From contig CATNEN010000039.1 in NCBI GenBank assembly GCA_950097015.1, forward strand, positions 18,476,001 through 18,540,000: 64,000 nt of DNA, written 5' to 3'. How positions within the stretch are numbered: the stretch's first letter is position 1; the number at the start of each line of letters is the position of its first letter. The position numbers and the translations under genes were made by a program. The notes under the pieces are model-generated. The model made no database searches. It saw only the letters and a program-made list of their open reading frames with translations, and had not been told where the DNA came from. Source of the DNA: Macrostomum hystrix. Its lineage: Eukaryota > Animalia > Platyhelminthes. Positions 12,521-23,933 of the stretch are shown piece by piece.

Positions 12521-12735
12521 CCTCGCCCTAATCCTCACCCTGATCCTCAACCTAATCCTACAGCCCTCCTTACCCTGATCCTCACCCTAATCCTACAGCC
12601 CTCCTCACCCTGATCCTGAACCCTAATCCTCACCCTGATTCTCAACCCTCATCCTCACCCTGATCCTGTTGCTCACCTCACCCTGATCCTGTAGCTCACC
12701 TCACCCTAATCCTCACCCTGATCCTGTTGCTCACC
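11920..12735 (+). repeat. 23-bp (CCCTGATCCTGTAGCCTTCCTCA) then 12-bp (CCCTGATCCTCA/CCCTAATCCTCA) arrays
   Basis: Direct inspection. Confidence 0.9.
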
Positions 12736-12749
12736 TGGGAGATCCTGGG

Positions 12750-13060
12750 AGAATCGAGGTAAATGAGGGATCAGTGGGAGTATTGAGGTAAATGAGGGAG
12801 CAGTGGGAGAATTGAGGTAAATGAGGGATCAGTGGGAGAATTGAGGTAAATGAGGGATCAGTGGGAGTATTGAGGTAAATGAGGGATCAGTGGGAGAATT
12901 GAGGTAAATGAGGGAGCAGTGGGAGAATTGAGGTAAATGAGGGATCAGTGGGAGAATTGAGGTAAATGAGGGATCAGTGGGAGAATTTAGGTAAATGAGG
13001 GATCAGTGGGAGTATTGAGGTAAATGAGGGATCAGTGGGAGAATTGAGGTAAATGAGGGA
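12750..13060 (-). repeat. 29-bp minisatellite, inverted relative to the 13533-16935 array
   Basis: GAGGTAAATGAGGGATCAGTGGGAG(A/T)ATT units, the reverse complement of the large array. Confidence 0.9.
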
Positions 13061-13400
13061 TGAGCCGTAAATAAATTTTAAATAAGCATAAATGGGTCGT
13101 AAATAATCAAGATGTATGGGAGAATTGTTATTAATGAGGGACAAGTGTCTTTCGGGCAAATAATTGAGCAACTTATCGGTTTCTCAAATGTCTTGAATTA
13201 TCATTTTTTATCTTTAGCCTAATGAAAAGTTGTGGTTATCACTTATGACTGTCTATTTATTCTACTAGGATTCTACTAGGTAAGGATCATAGTAAGTGAG
13301 GAATACAGGGGTTGAGGAGCAAGGCCAGTAGAGGAGCAGGGGTTTTTATTGGATTGCCAATGTTTTGTCAAACGATATTCTCATTTACTCTTTAGCTACC

Positions 13401-16400
13401 ATGATGAAGCGGTCTGCTTGGCACAGTTTCGTTTCCGATGAACTTAAATCTAGTGGAAATTTCAAAGGTGGTTGTATATAATCATGCGAATTTGTTATTT
13501 TGCCTTATTAACCTGCTCGTTTAATCTATTAAACCTCAATACTCCCACTGATCCCTCATTTACCTCAATACTCCCACTGATCCCTCATATACCTCAATAC
13601 TCCCACTGCTCCCTCATTTACCTCAATACTCCCACTGCTCCCTCATTTACCTCAATTCTCCCACTGATCCCTCATATACCTCAATACTCCCACTGATCCC
13701 TCATTTACCTCAATACTCCCACTGATCCCTCATATACCTCAATACTCCCACTGCTCCCTCATTTACCTCAATACTCCCACTGCTCCCTCATTTACCTCAA
13801 TTCTCCCACTGATCCCTCATATACCTCAATACTCCCACTGATCCCTCATATACCTCAATACTCCCACTGCTCCCTCATTTACCTCAATACTCCCACTGAT
13901 CCCTCATTTACCTCAATACTCCCACTGATCCCTCATATACCTCAATACTCCCACTGATCCCTCATTTACCTCAATACTCCCACTGCTCCCTCATTTACCT
14001 CAATACTCCCACTGCTCCCTCATTTACCTCAATTCTCCCACTGATCCCTCATATACCTCAATACTCCCACTGATCCCTCATTTACCTCAATACTCCCACT
14101 GATCCCTCATTTACCTCAATTCTCCCACTGATCCCTCATATACCTCAATACTCCCACTGATCCCTCATTTACCTCAATACTCCCACTGATCCCTCATATA
14201 CCTCAATTCTCCCACTGATCCCTCATATACCTCAATACTCCCACTGATCCCTCATATACCTCAATTCTCCCACTGATCCCTCATATACCTCAATACTCCC
14301 ACTGATCCCTCATATACCTCAATTCTCCCACTGATCCCTCATTTACCTCAATACTCCCACTGATCCCTCATATACCTCAATTCTCCCACTGATCCCTCAT
14401 ATACCTCAATTCTCCCACTGATCCCTCATTTACCTCAATACTCCCACTGATCCCTCATTTACCTCAATACTCCCACTGATCCCTCATATACCTCAATACT
14501 CCCACTGATCCCTCATTTACCTCAATTCTCCCACTGATCCCTCATTTACCTCAATACTCCCACTGATCCCTCATATACCTCAATACTCCCACTGCTCCCT
14601 CATTTACCTCAATACTCCCACTGATCCCTCATTTACCTCAATACTCCCACTGCTCCCTCATTTACCTCAATACTCCCACTGATCCCTCATTTACCTCAAT
14701 TCTCCCACTGATCCCTCATTTACCTCAATACTCCCACTGATCCCTCATTTACCTCAATTCTCCCACTGATCCCTCATTTACCTCAATACTCCCACTGATC
14801 CCTCATATACCTCAATACTCCCACTGATCCCTCATTTACCTCAATTCTCCCACTGCTCCCTCATTTACCTCAATACTCCCACTGATCCCTCATATACCTC
14901 AATACTCCCACTGATCCCTCATTTACCTCAATTCTCCCACTGATCCCTCATTTACCTCAATACTCCCACTGATCCCTCATATACCTCAATACTCCCACTG
15001 ATCCCTCATTTACCTCAATACTCCCACTGATCCCTCATTTACCTCAATTCTCCCACTGCTCCCTCATTTACCTCAATACTCCCACTGATCCCTCATTTAC
15101 CTCAATTCTCCCACTGATCCCTCATTTACCTCAATACTCCCACTGATCCCTCATTTACCTCAATTCTCCCACTGATCCCTCATTTACCTCAATACTCCCA
15201 CTGATCCCTCATATACCTCAATACTCCCACTGATCCCTCATTTACCTCAATTCTCCCACTGCTCCCTCATTTACCTCAATACTCCCACTGATCCCTCATT
15301 TACCTCAATACTCCCACTGATCCCTCATATACCTCAATTCTCCCACTGCTCCCTCATTTACCTCAATTCTCCCACTGATCCCTCATATACCTCAATACTC
15401 CCACTGATCCCTCATTTACCTCAATACTCCCACTGCTCCCTCATTTACCTCAATACTCCCACTGATCCCTCATATACCTCAATACTCCCACTGCTCCCTC
15501 ATTTACCTCAATACTCCCACTGATCCCTCATATACCTCAATTCTCCCACTGCTCCCTCATTTACCTCAATACTCCCACTGATCCCTCATATACCTCAATA
15601 CTCCCACTGATCCCTCATATACCTCAATTCTCCCACTGCTCCCTCATTTACCTCAATACTCCCACTGATCCCTCATATACCTCAATTCTCCCACTGATCC
15701 CTCATATACCTCAATTCTCCCACTGATCCCTCATTTACCTCAATACTCCCACTGATCCCTCATTTACCTCAATACTCCCACTGATCCCTCATATACCTCA
15801 ATACTCCCACTGATCCCTCATTTACCTCAATTCTCCCACTGATCCCTCATTTACCTCAATACTCCCACTGATCCCTCATATACCTCAATACTCCCACTGA
15901 TCCCTCATTTACCTCAATACTCCCACTGATCCCTCATTTACCTCAATTCTCCCACTGCTCCCTCATATACCTCAATACTCCCACTGATCCCTCATTTACC
16001 TCAATACTCCCACTGATCCCTCATTTACCTCAATACTCCCACTGCTCCCTCATTTACCTCAATTCTCCCACTGATCCCTCATATACCTCAATACTCCCAC
16101 TGATCCCTCATATACCTCAATACTCCCACTGATCCCTCATTTACCTCAATTCTCCCACTGATCCCTCATATACCTCAATACTCCCACTGATCCCTCATTT
16201 ACCTCAATACTCCCACTGATCCCTCATATACCTCAATTCTCCCACTGATCCCTCATATACCTCAATACTCCCACTGATCCCTCATATACCTCAATTCTCC
16301 CACTGATCCCTCATATACCTCAATACTCCCACTGATCCCTCATATACCTCAATTCTCCCACTGCTCCCTCATTTACCTCAATTCTCCCACTGATCCCTCA

Positions 16401-19400
16401 TATACCTCAATACTCCCACTGATCCCTCATTTACCTCAATACTCCCACTGATCCCTCATTTACCTCAATACTCCCACTGATCCCTCATATACCTCAATTC
16501 TCCCACTGCTCCCTCATTTACCTCAATTCTCCCACTGATCCCTCATATACCTCAATACTCCCACTGATCCCTCATTTACCTCAATACTCCCACTGCTCCC
16601 TCATTTACCTCAATACTCCCACTGATCCCTCATATACCTCAATACTCCCACTGCTCCCTCATTTACCTCAATACTCCCACTGATCCCTCATATACCTCAA
16701 TTCTCCCACTGCTCCCTCATTTACCTCAATACTCCCACTGATCCCTCATATACCTCAATTCTCCCACTGCTCCCTCATTTACCTCAATACTCCCACTGAT
16801 CCCTCATATACCTCAATACTCCCACTGATCCCTCATATACCTCAATTCTCCCACTGCTCCCTCATATACCTCAATTCTCCCACTGCTCCCTCATTTACCT
16901 CAATACTCCCACTGATCCCTCATTTACCTCAATACGTTAGATAAAAATAAAAAGAAATTTTATCAAACTGAATATTTTTCACATTCATTTTTAGGAGACA
17001 TGCCTTCTACAGCAGAAAGGTACAAAGCGCTGACAACCGATGAGAAGAATGCCATGAAAAGGAGCCTTACTGATGAAGAAGTTTTTCAAAGAGCTTTCAA
17101 GAGCTTTAAGAAAAAAGTAATATTTACTTGCCTGTATCATTTATGTTCATGAGAGTGTAATAGGAAAGCCTTTCAACCACTACAGTCTTTGGCAACCCAT
17201 CATTAATATTGTCACCTTGCTATGTTTACAGGTTGTCCTGATTCGCCAATTCTCAAATTACTTTATCCACATTTCTACAGTAGTAGTTTTACGTTAAGTT
17301 TTGTACGCTTGAACCTTTCAATCATTTAATGATTCACTTGCTTAACTTTGGAGTTAATATGCCTAAAGTTTTTAAACGTAAATGCACGAATTTGAGTGAG
17401 CTTAATTATTGAAATATATTTGTTTGAATATAACGAGAATAGCGAAAAAATTACTGAGTTTGGAATCTGGATCTTTAAAAAGGCTTTGCCCCTGTTAATT
17501 ATACGAGTATCCCTTATATATCCCTTATGACCCCATTTGAAAATTGTAGATAACCGAGCTCGAAAAGTGCGGCGCTCATGTCTGTGCCGTTGTGTGCTTC
17601 AACGGAGAAGTGTCTTCTGTTGAAACTCCGGAAGTAGTCGGAGTTGCTGCAAAATCTCGAATAGCAAATGTAATTTACTTTGCACTTTTGCTTATGATAC
17701 TTATTTAGTTAAAGTATTAATTGTATTTGACGGTATCGCTAAAATCAGACATATTTTTTACATATATGATTTTTATTGTTAATAGATACAACTGGCTTTC
17801 GATTAAAATTTCATTGATTGTTACTACTTTAGATGATTACATCTGGAGTGTCTCAGGTCACTCGGAGCGGAAACCTTTCCGTTGCACAGTTGCGAGTTCG
17901 AGTTGCTCACGTGCTAAATGAGAGATATCGTAAGGACCTCATATCATTTTTAATTATATTTTTTACCGGTTACAAGTTAAACCGTCGAAACGTGCCAAGT
18001 TCCTTTAATATTTAATGTAAAATCAAGTACTTTTACTATAGCAAAAACTGGTTTACTCCGTCCCGACTCTTGTTGTATTGATTCAGCTGCTGAAATGCAC
18101 GGTAATGGGTGTACACCGCTCTTAATTAGGTATTAGGTTTCTGCTAATATTGAGCTATGTGTACTAATTGTGCTCGTAGGTAGTCACTTCCTAGGGATAT
18201 AAAGTTACACACGTTATATGCGTTGCCATTTGATTTATACCGCAGTAATTAATTATTGTTTTCTTTGAATGTAATATAAAAATAATATTTGCAGGAAGGC
18301 TGTGGGCAAACTAGGCACATCATTTGGTGACACTAGACCCGCAGCCAGCGAGGTGGCAATTCTGCCTATTTCGCTGACTCCTGAGCACTCACGCACACAG
18401 ATACCGTACGCCTCACAGCCCCCAAACCTCTCCACGACTGCGCCTCAAATTAATGTGGCCTCGCTGAGGAATCGAGCTCAGGGACCGTGGTGCGAGAGGC
18501 AAACGCGTTAGACCGCTCTGCCCCTATGAATGTAGCTAGCATACGAAATGTTTACAATTTTTTGTTACTGTACTTGCTTAATTTTCCCATTGCTGAATTT
18601 CATTTTTGTTTTAAGGTCAAGGCCGAGGAGTGGGCAAGTACTGCATCGACGAGGAAGTTTCAGGCCAGTGGCTGAATTGGCCAGTCGACGTTCCCAGAGA
18701 CCGAACTGTAAGCTGCATGAAAAAGGACGCTCTACTTTGCCTCTGGGAAAAACGTCACGAATTAAAGTTTATTTCCTTGCCGGGGGCTCCGCGGCAAACG
18801 AAAAAATGCGCCCTAGTCTCTGAGTCTGAAAGTTCTGGCACTGTTGGTGCCTGGGTCTCTCATGGCTCTGCCTCAGGCTTTGCAACAGCTGCTGACTCTG
18901 ACACTGCAGCCCGCTCTGACACTGCCGCCCGCTCTGACACTGCCGCCCGCTCTGACACTGCCGCCCGCTCTGACACTGCCGCCCGCTCTGACACTGCGGC
19001 CCGCTCTGACACTGCCGCCCGCTCTGACACTGCGGCCCGCTCTGACACTGCCGCCCGCTCTGACACTGCGGCCCGCTCTGACACTGCCGCCCGCTCTGAC
19101 ACTGCCGCCCGCTCTGACACTGCCGCCCGCTCTGACACTGCCGCCCGCTCTGACACTGCCGCCCGCTCTGACACTGCCGCCCGCTCTGACACTGCGGCCC
19201 GCTCTGACACTGCCGCCCGCTCTGACACTGCGGCCCGCTCTGACACTGCCGCCCGCTCTGACACTGCCGCCCGCTCTGACACTGCCGCGTGCTCTCGTGC
19301 TTGTGTGATTTTTTTATCTTCTGGTCCTAGGAGTGCTGTAGTATCGTCGAAGTTTGTTGATGGGGACAGTTCGAGAATTTTAGGTAGAAGCATTTTACGC

Positions 19401-19460
19401 ACAGTCGTGACTAATAATGAACAGAAGAAGTATCGGGTTGTTTTAGGCAAACCATATTGA
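13401..19460 (+). CDS. Transposon accessory gene with an HMG-box-like N-terminus (exons 13401-13467, 16995-17116, 17550-17669, 17833-17929, 18616-19460; ~416 aa)
   Basis: All four introns are GT-AG and phase-compatible; exon total 1251 nt with no internal stop. Spliced start MMKRSAWHSFVSDELKSSGNFKGDMPSTAERYKALTTDEKNAMK resembles an HMG box. Later LRVRVAHVLNERY...WLNWPVDVP...LLCLWEKRHELKF, then (SDTAAR)n. Confidence 0.7.
13533..16935 (+). repeat. 3.4-kb 29-bp minisatellite (CCTCAATACTCCCACTGATCCCTCATTTA) filling intron 1 of the accessory gene
   Basis: Direct inspection; variation is limited to about three dimorphic positions. Confidence 0.95.
18415..18517 (-). mobile_element. tRNA-derived SINE fragment (copy 1)
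   Basis: Minus strand reads AGCGGTCTAACGCG...GAGCTCGATTCC TCAGCGAGGCCA (A-box remnant, B-box-like motif, tRNA-like 3' end). Clearly homologous to 58725-58831. Confidence 0.6.
18896..19288 (+). repeat. 18-bp coding minisatellite (TCTGACACTGCCGCCCGC, about 22 copies, encoding SDTAAR)
   Basis: Direct inspection; in frame within the last exon of the accessory gene. Confidence 0.95.
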
Positions 19461-19789
19461 AAAATATTTTATACTTTTGTTTAGGCCCCTAAACCCCATT
19501 TGTCTAGGATGATTCACCTTTGCTTAAGTCCACCTTTTTCTGCCCCCTTCAGAGAATTCTAGTTGCACCACTGTTCAGTCTGGCTGCTTTATAATATAAA
19601 TTTCATTTTTTACAGTTAAAATATATTAATGTTATGAATATAATTGTAGACCTAATGCTATTTAGCTATAAAATATTGTTTAAAATTTAACTAGGCTTAT
19701 AGTCAAGAAGTTGAGTTTTGACCTGAAATTTTTGTTTTATTTTTTTTAAAGCCTTCTAATTTTCAGGACTGTTATTTTGAATACGAGCT

Positions 19790-21170
19790 AGTTTGCTGGC
19801 TCGACTACAGGTTTCAGGGACTGCTCAAAAGTGTGAGCACTTTGCTGTTGATAGATTGAGCTGCGGGCCGGTGGCGCTGTGGGCCTGTTGAGGTCATAGG
19901 CACCAGCATCCTCGAGGCCGAGGGCAGCAACAGCAGTGGATGGTTGTGCTGATGGTGGTGCTGTTGGTACGTATGCCATTGCGGTGATCCATCGGTAGCG
20001 TGGCGGGGTCCACAGAGCAGAAAAGGGCACCAATGCTCCGTTCGAGCTTGTTCGCCTGTGCTGCTGGGACAAGGCGTTGCCGAGGTGAGCCGCATCGACG
20101 TCGCAGCGTCGGGTCTTACACTGGGCCCTCGGTTTTGCGGGCGTTCAGTTCGAGGCAGACTCTGGCATCTCGACTGACCGAGTCAAAGGCTTTGCGAAAG
20201 TCGATAAACACGATGGTCACCGACTTCTGCCGCGTTACGCAGGACTCGATGATGCTGCGGACGGTAGCGATTTGCTCGACGGTAGATCTGCCAGCGCGGA
20301 ATCCGCTCTGAGCGCCCAGCAGAAGCGGATTGATGACTGGCAGCAGTCTGTTCCCACGGACTACTCAACTCACGGACTATCTACTAGTGGTCCTTGTCTG
20401 TTCCTTGTGCAGTTTTGGGAGGGTACACTCCAGAGCGATGCCCTCTGGTTGTCCAAGCTGGTGGACAGGCCCTTCTTCGGAATTGAGCCAATCTTGGAGG
20501 TGCGCCAGGTGAAGGGAGCCTCGGCGCGGGATCGCCTCCAAGAATGGAATATTTGTTGAGGAATGTGGTGATGATCGAATTGAGCTCTGGGAGCCTGAGG
20601 ACCCTGGGAGGGACCCCATCGACACCAGGCGCAGCATCAGGCTTTATGCTTTGCTGAGTGTTGTTGCGAACCTCGTATAGGGGGTGATGGACCGATGTTG
20701 AAATTCTCGCTGCGAGCATGGGAAATTTACACTGCCGAGATGGGAGTTAAGATCAAACTTCACTACTTACGAAAGTTTTATAGTACGCCCCCACACAAAA
20801 ATACTCAGCAAAATTGTACGAGTATGGCTAGGGTGTAACACAAAAGAATGGCAACATCGTTTATTCGACAGCAACCTTCGATTCACATGGACAGTTAATT
20901 CAGAAAAGTTCTTATAGTAACGACTGTGCTCCGCGAGCCGCAGCAACAGCGAGAGGCCGAAATTCTTCGTGGCATCCCCACCAGGTGCCGCAATAAACCT
21001 TGAGGAAAACTTGCCAGGCATCGGAAATGGCTTGGCGCATGTAACACACTAAACGTGTGGGTCGAACCTCGCGCTGGCAGACCGAGACCGGTTTCTGGCT
21101 TGTTTGCATTCGTCAGTCGGCCATAGCCACACGCAGGACACCACCACTCTTTGTGTGCACAGAAGTCTCT
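19790..21170 (-). mobile_element. Degenerate non-LTR retrotransposon (RTE-like) RT fragment nested in the KDZ element; recognisable core ~20130-20720
   Basis: Minus-strand peptides AAPGVDGVPPRVL, GIALECTLPKL and QSGFRAGRSTVEQIATVRSIIE...FIDFRKAFDSV run directly into LELNARKTE, so the QG and YADD region is deleted. Frameshifted. Outer boundaries are approximate. Confidence 0.75.
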
Positions 21171-21784
21171 TTCAACCTTGCCGTTTTTGTGGCGAAACTG
21201 CTAGTGTGCTAGTGTTATGTGAGATATTTTAGCAGCCAATTCTTTTTCTACTGTTTTCAGTAGTCTAAAGTGTATCTCTCACAGCGCAGTCGCATTAAAT
21301 TTCCTCACTTCCCACTCCCGATTCTCCCACTGAATATTGCGCTTCAGAAATCCCAGACATGTTTGAGCATAACTCAAACTTTACCTCAAAAGTCCCTATA
21401 CTATAGACCTTGCCTTTCGATGTGGACTAAAACTATGTACATATGTTATCGATTTTTTCACACAAATATCATATTATTTGCTCAGAACCTTTTCCTTAGC
21501 TAAAATAAACCTGAACATGCTAATAATTGTAGGACGAAACGTGCCGGTAAACCTGTGTTTATTTTCGGCCTTCTCTTTCCACATATTAACTTACTTGAAC
21601 AGGTTTAATGAATATGTTCGAATATATGCGTTCAGTGACGAAAGAGCTAGTTGTTTTAGAACGTCTAAACCTTCAATTGCATGCTTGTTAGCTACGTACA
21701 TAGAAAAACATTGGTTCTACTTTTCAATATGCGGTGGTTCTTTTAAAATCACAAGCCACCTTCAGAGTCTGCACGTGAGTTTTT

Positions 21785-22590
21785 ATTATTATTATTATTA
21801 TTAAAACGCGCACGCCATCTATGGGTGCTGATTTTTTTTTATATTTATTTTTTAACAACACATTTAAATGAACAACGAAAAGCAACATAAAAAGCGAAGT
21901 TAAGTAGGAATCAAATATCGAGCTGGGAAGGGAAAGCAAAGGTATTAAAAATAAGAGCAGTAAAAACACAAGGGACGCCAGGGATAAAACAAAATATGAA
22001 ATATCTATTGTTGAATGCTAGTAAGATCTCGTAGTCTCAGGGCAGCTGTTCCCTTATTTTAGAGATTTCTATGATGTATTTTGCAAAAGCTTCAGCGGTT
22101 TCCCTATCGTCTTGAGCCATTATGTAGTTAGATTTTTCTTCTGCTGTTAAGGATATGAAATTGGGGGTTTTCCCAGAAACTTCCGTCTCAAATTTCGAAC
22201 GTGCTGCGCTATACATATTCCAAGTGCACTTAAAAAGGAAGTGGACCTCGTTTTCAACTTCTGTTTTGCACTTACTACATAATCTATTTACATACGGAAT
22301 TTTCGGTCTCGCAGTTCGCAATGTTTCGCAAGCTAGCTTATGGTTTCCTAGTCTAAACGAGGCTATGGTACGTCTCAACTCCGGGTTGTATATTTGTTGT
22401 AAATATTTTTCGGCTGAATAATATTGCTTGAAGGAGTAATAGAAGTGACTTAGCTTGCTTGAGTTCTGTGTCCTTTGTCTCCAATGGGTATCGAACTGAG
22501 AAACGAAATTTTTCCTGTGGTTTCCAATTGCTTTTGCAGGACTAATGCCTCTGCAGTTCAGCATAACGTCATTGTTGGTCTTTGCTTTGT
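21785..22590 (-). mobile_element. 5'-truncated LINE 3' end (ORF2 C-terminus with CCHC-type motif, 3' UTR, (TAA)n tail)
   Basis: SKLSHFYYSFK...EKYL...RRTIASFRLGNHKLACE...RLCSKC...VENEVHFLFKC..Y; (TAT)n tract at 21785-21802. Confidence 0.8.
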
Positions 22591-23933
22591 CATAAATGCT
22601 GCAATGAGTTCAGGGTTCAAAATCCTTCTGAATTCTTTCCCTCTATAGTCACCAGTCCGACTTCTACCTCTTTCACATGTGCCCTGTTATCGATTTTTTC
22701 CTTCTGTAAATGTACATGTGTAGTTATGCTATGTACATGTATATAATGATAATGAATAATGTATAACACGTACAAAGTATAGCCTTGTTTTAGAAACGAT
22801 TCGCCGCTTTATAAACAGGCATACAAACATCTTTCGGAACTCCCGTGCTTAAGTGCGTACATCCATATCGTAAATGTAGTAAGCCATGCAGTTCATGATG
22901 CGGCTTTGGTCGCTGTCTGTCGGTCGGCGTGTACTTGGTGCAAGCGCCGGTGCGATTAAAAAGAAATTAAAAAATCACATTCAACGTTAAAGCATGCAGG
23001 ATGGGGCTGTTTTGGAGAGGGAGCTGGGTATGGGTGGGGCTGTTTTGGAGTGGTATGGAGTGGAGTGGAGGGTATGGAGTTGATATAAAGAGGAGGACGT
23101 CACTCGATTGGCCGGTTGCTCTGGAAGAGGCGGAAGATGGACCACTTTCCTACTTCTAATTCTTCAGAACCTTTAAAAAACCGTTATACTTCGTTAAACT
23201 CTTCAGTGCCTTCATTTTTATCTTCCCTTTGAATTTCTAATCGGCGCCGTCGCAGCTTAAAAGCACAGCTATGCTTATATATTTATGTGTTCGCAAGAAC
23301 CAGTAAGCAATTATGTGACGGGAAAATAAAGAAAATAAATATATAGCAAGTAAAATTAGCTTTTAAAACGATATTACTTTAATGAATCCAAGGCAAATTA
23401 ATGAATTTGCTACTTTCTTCGGAAACCTGAAATATTGTGGGAGAGCATACGCTACAAATTCGAAATTAGAATAAAGATAATTGATCAGTTCGTCGAAGCC
23501 AATATAGACGCAAAGCAGTCAATTAAATATACTTCATGTGCCAGTTTTAACAAATCGGTCCACCTTGTATACTTTATGTGATTACGCGTTGGTATTAAAA
23601 ATAGACACAACTGTGCATATTAAAGCAGAAACCATACGGTAATGCGACAGAAAATAGGGAAAAACTAGTTTTCTACGCTAACTCCTAAAATTACTTCGTA
23701 GTATTTAACAATCAATCTGCAGTGAAATGTCAAGGAAACTCGCTGACAATTTTATTGAATTCCAACTATGGACACATCCCACATCAATCATGCTAACCCG
23801 GCACTTTCCATGCAAAAATAAAAGTACAAGCGTAGAAGCACTAGTACAAGTACAAGCGTCAACATTGTGCTGTACTCTCATTTATTAGAGTCATGTGCAT
23901 TAACCTATACGTATTTGTTAATAGAAAACTGAG

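Noticed and set aside
13533-16935. 29-bp repeat array resembling a CRISPR by unit length
   Set aside because: Head-to-tail units with no unique spacers, no cas genes, and a eukaryotic context.
18295-18330. Extra exon for the accessory gene (AG|GAAGGCTGTGGGC...)
   Set aside because: The required phase gives an immediate TAG, whereas exon 4 splices cleanly to 18616 without it.
18415-18517. Functional tRNA gene
   Set aside because: The 5' acceptor stem is missing and the B box is altered; a diverged second copy shares non-tRNA flank, so it is better explained as a SINE.
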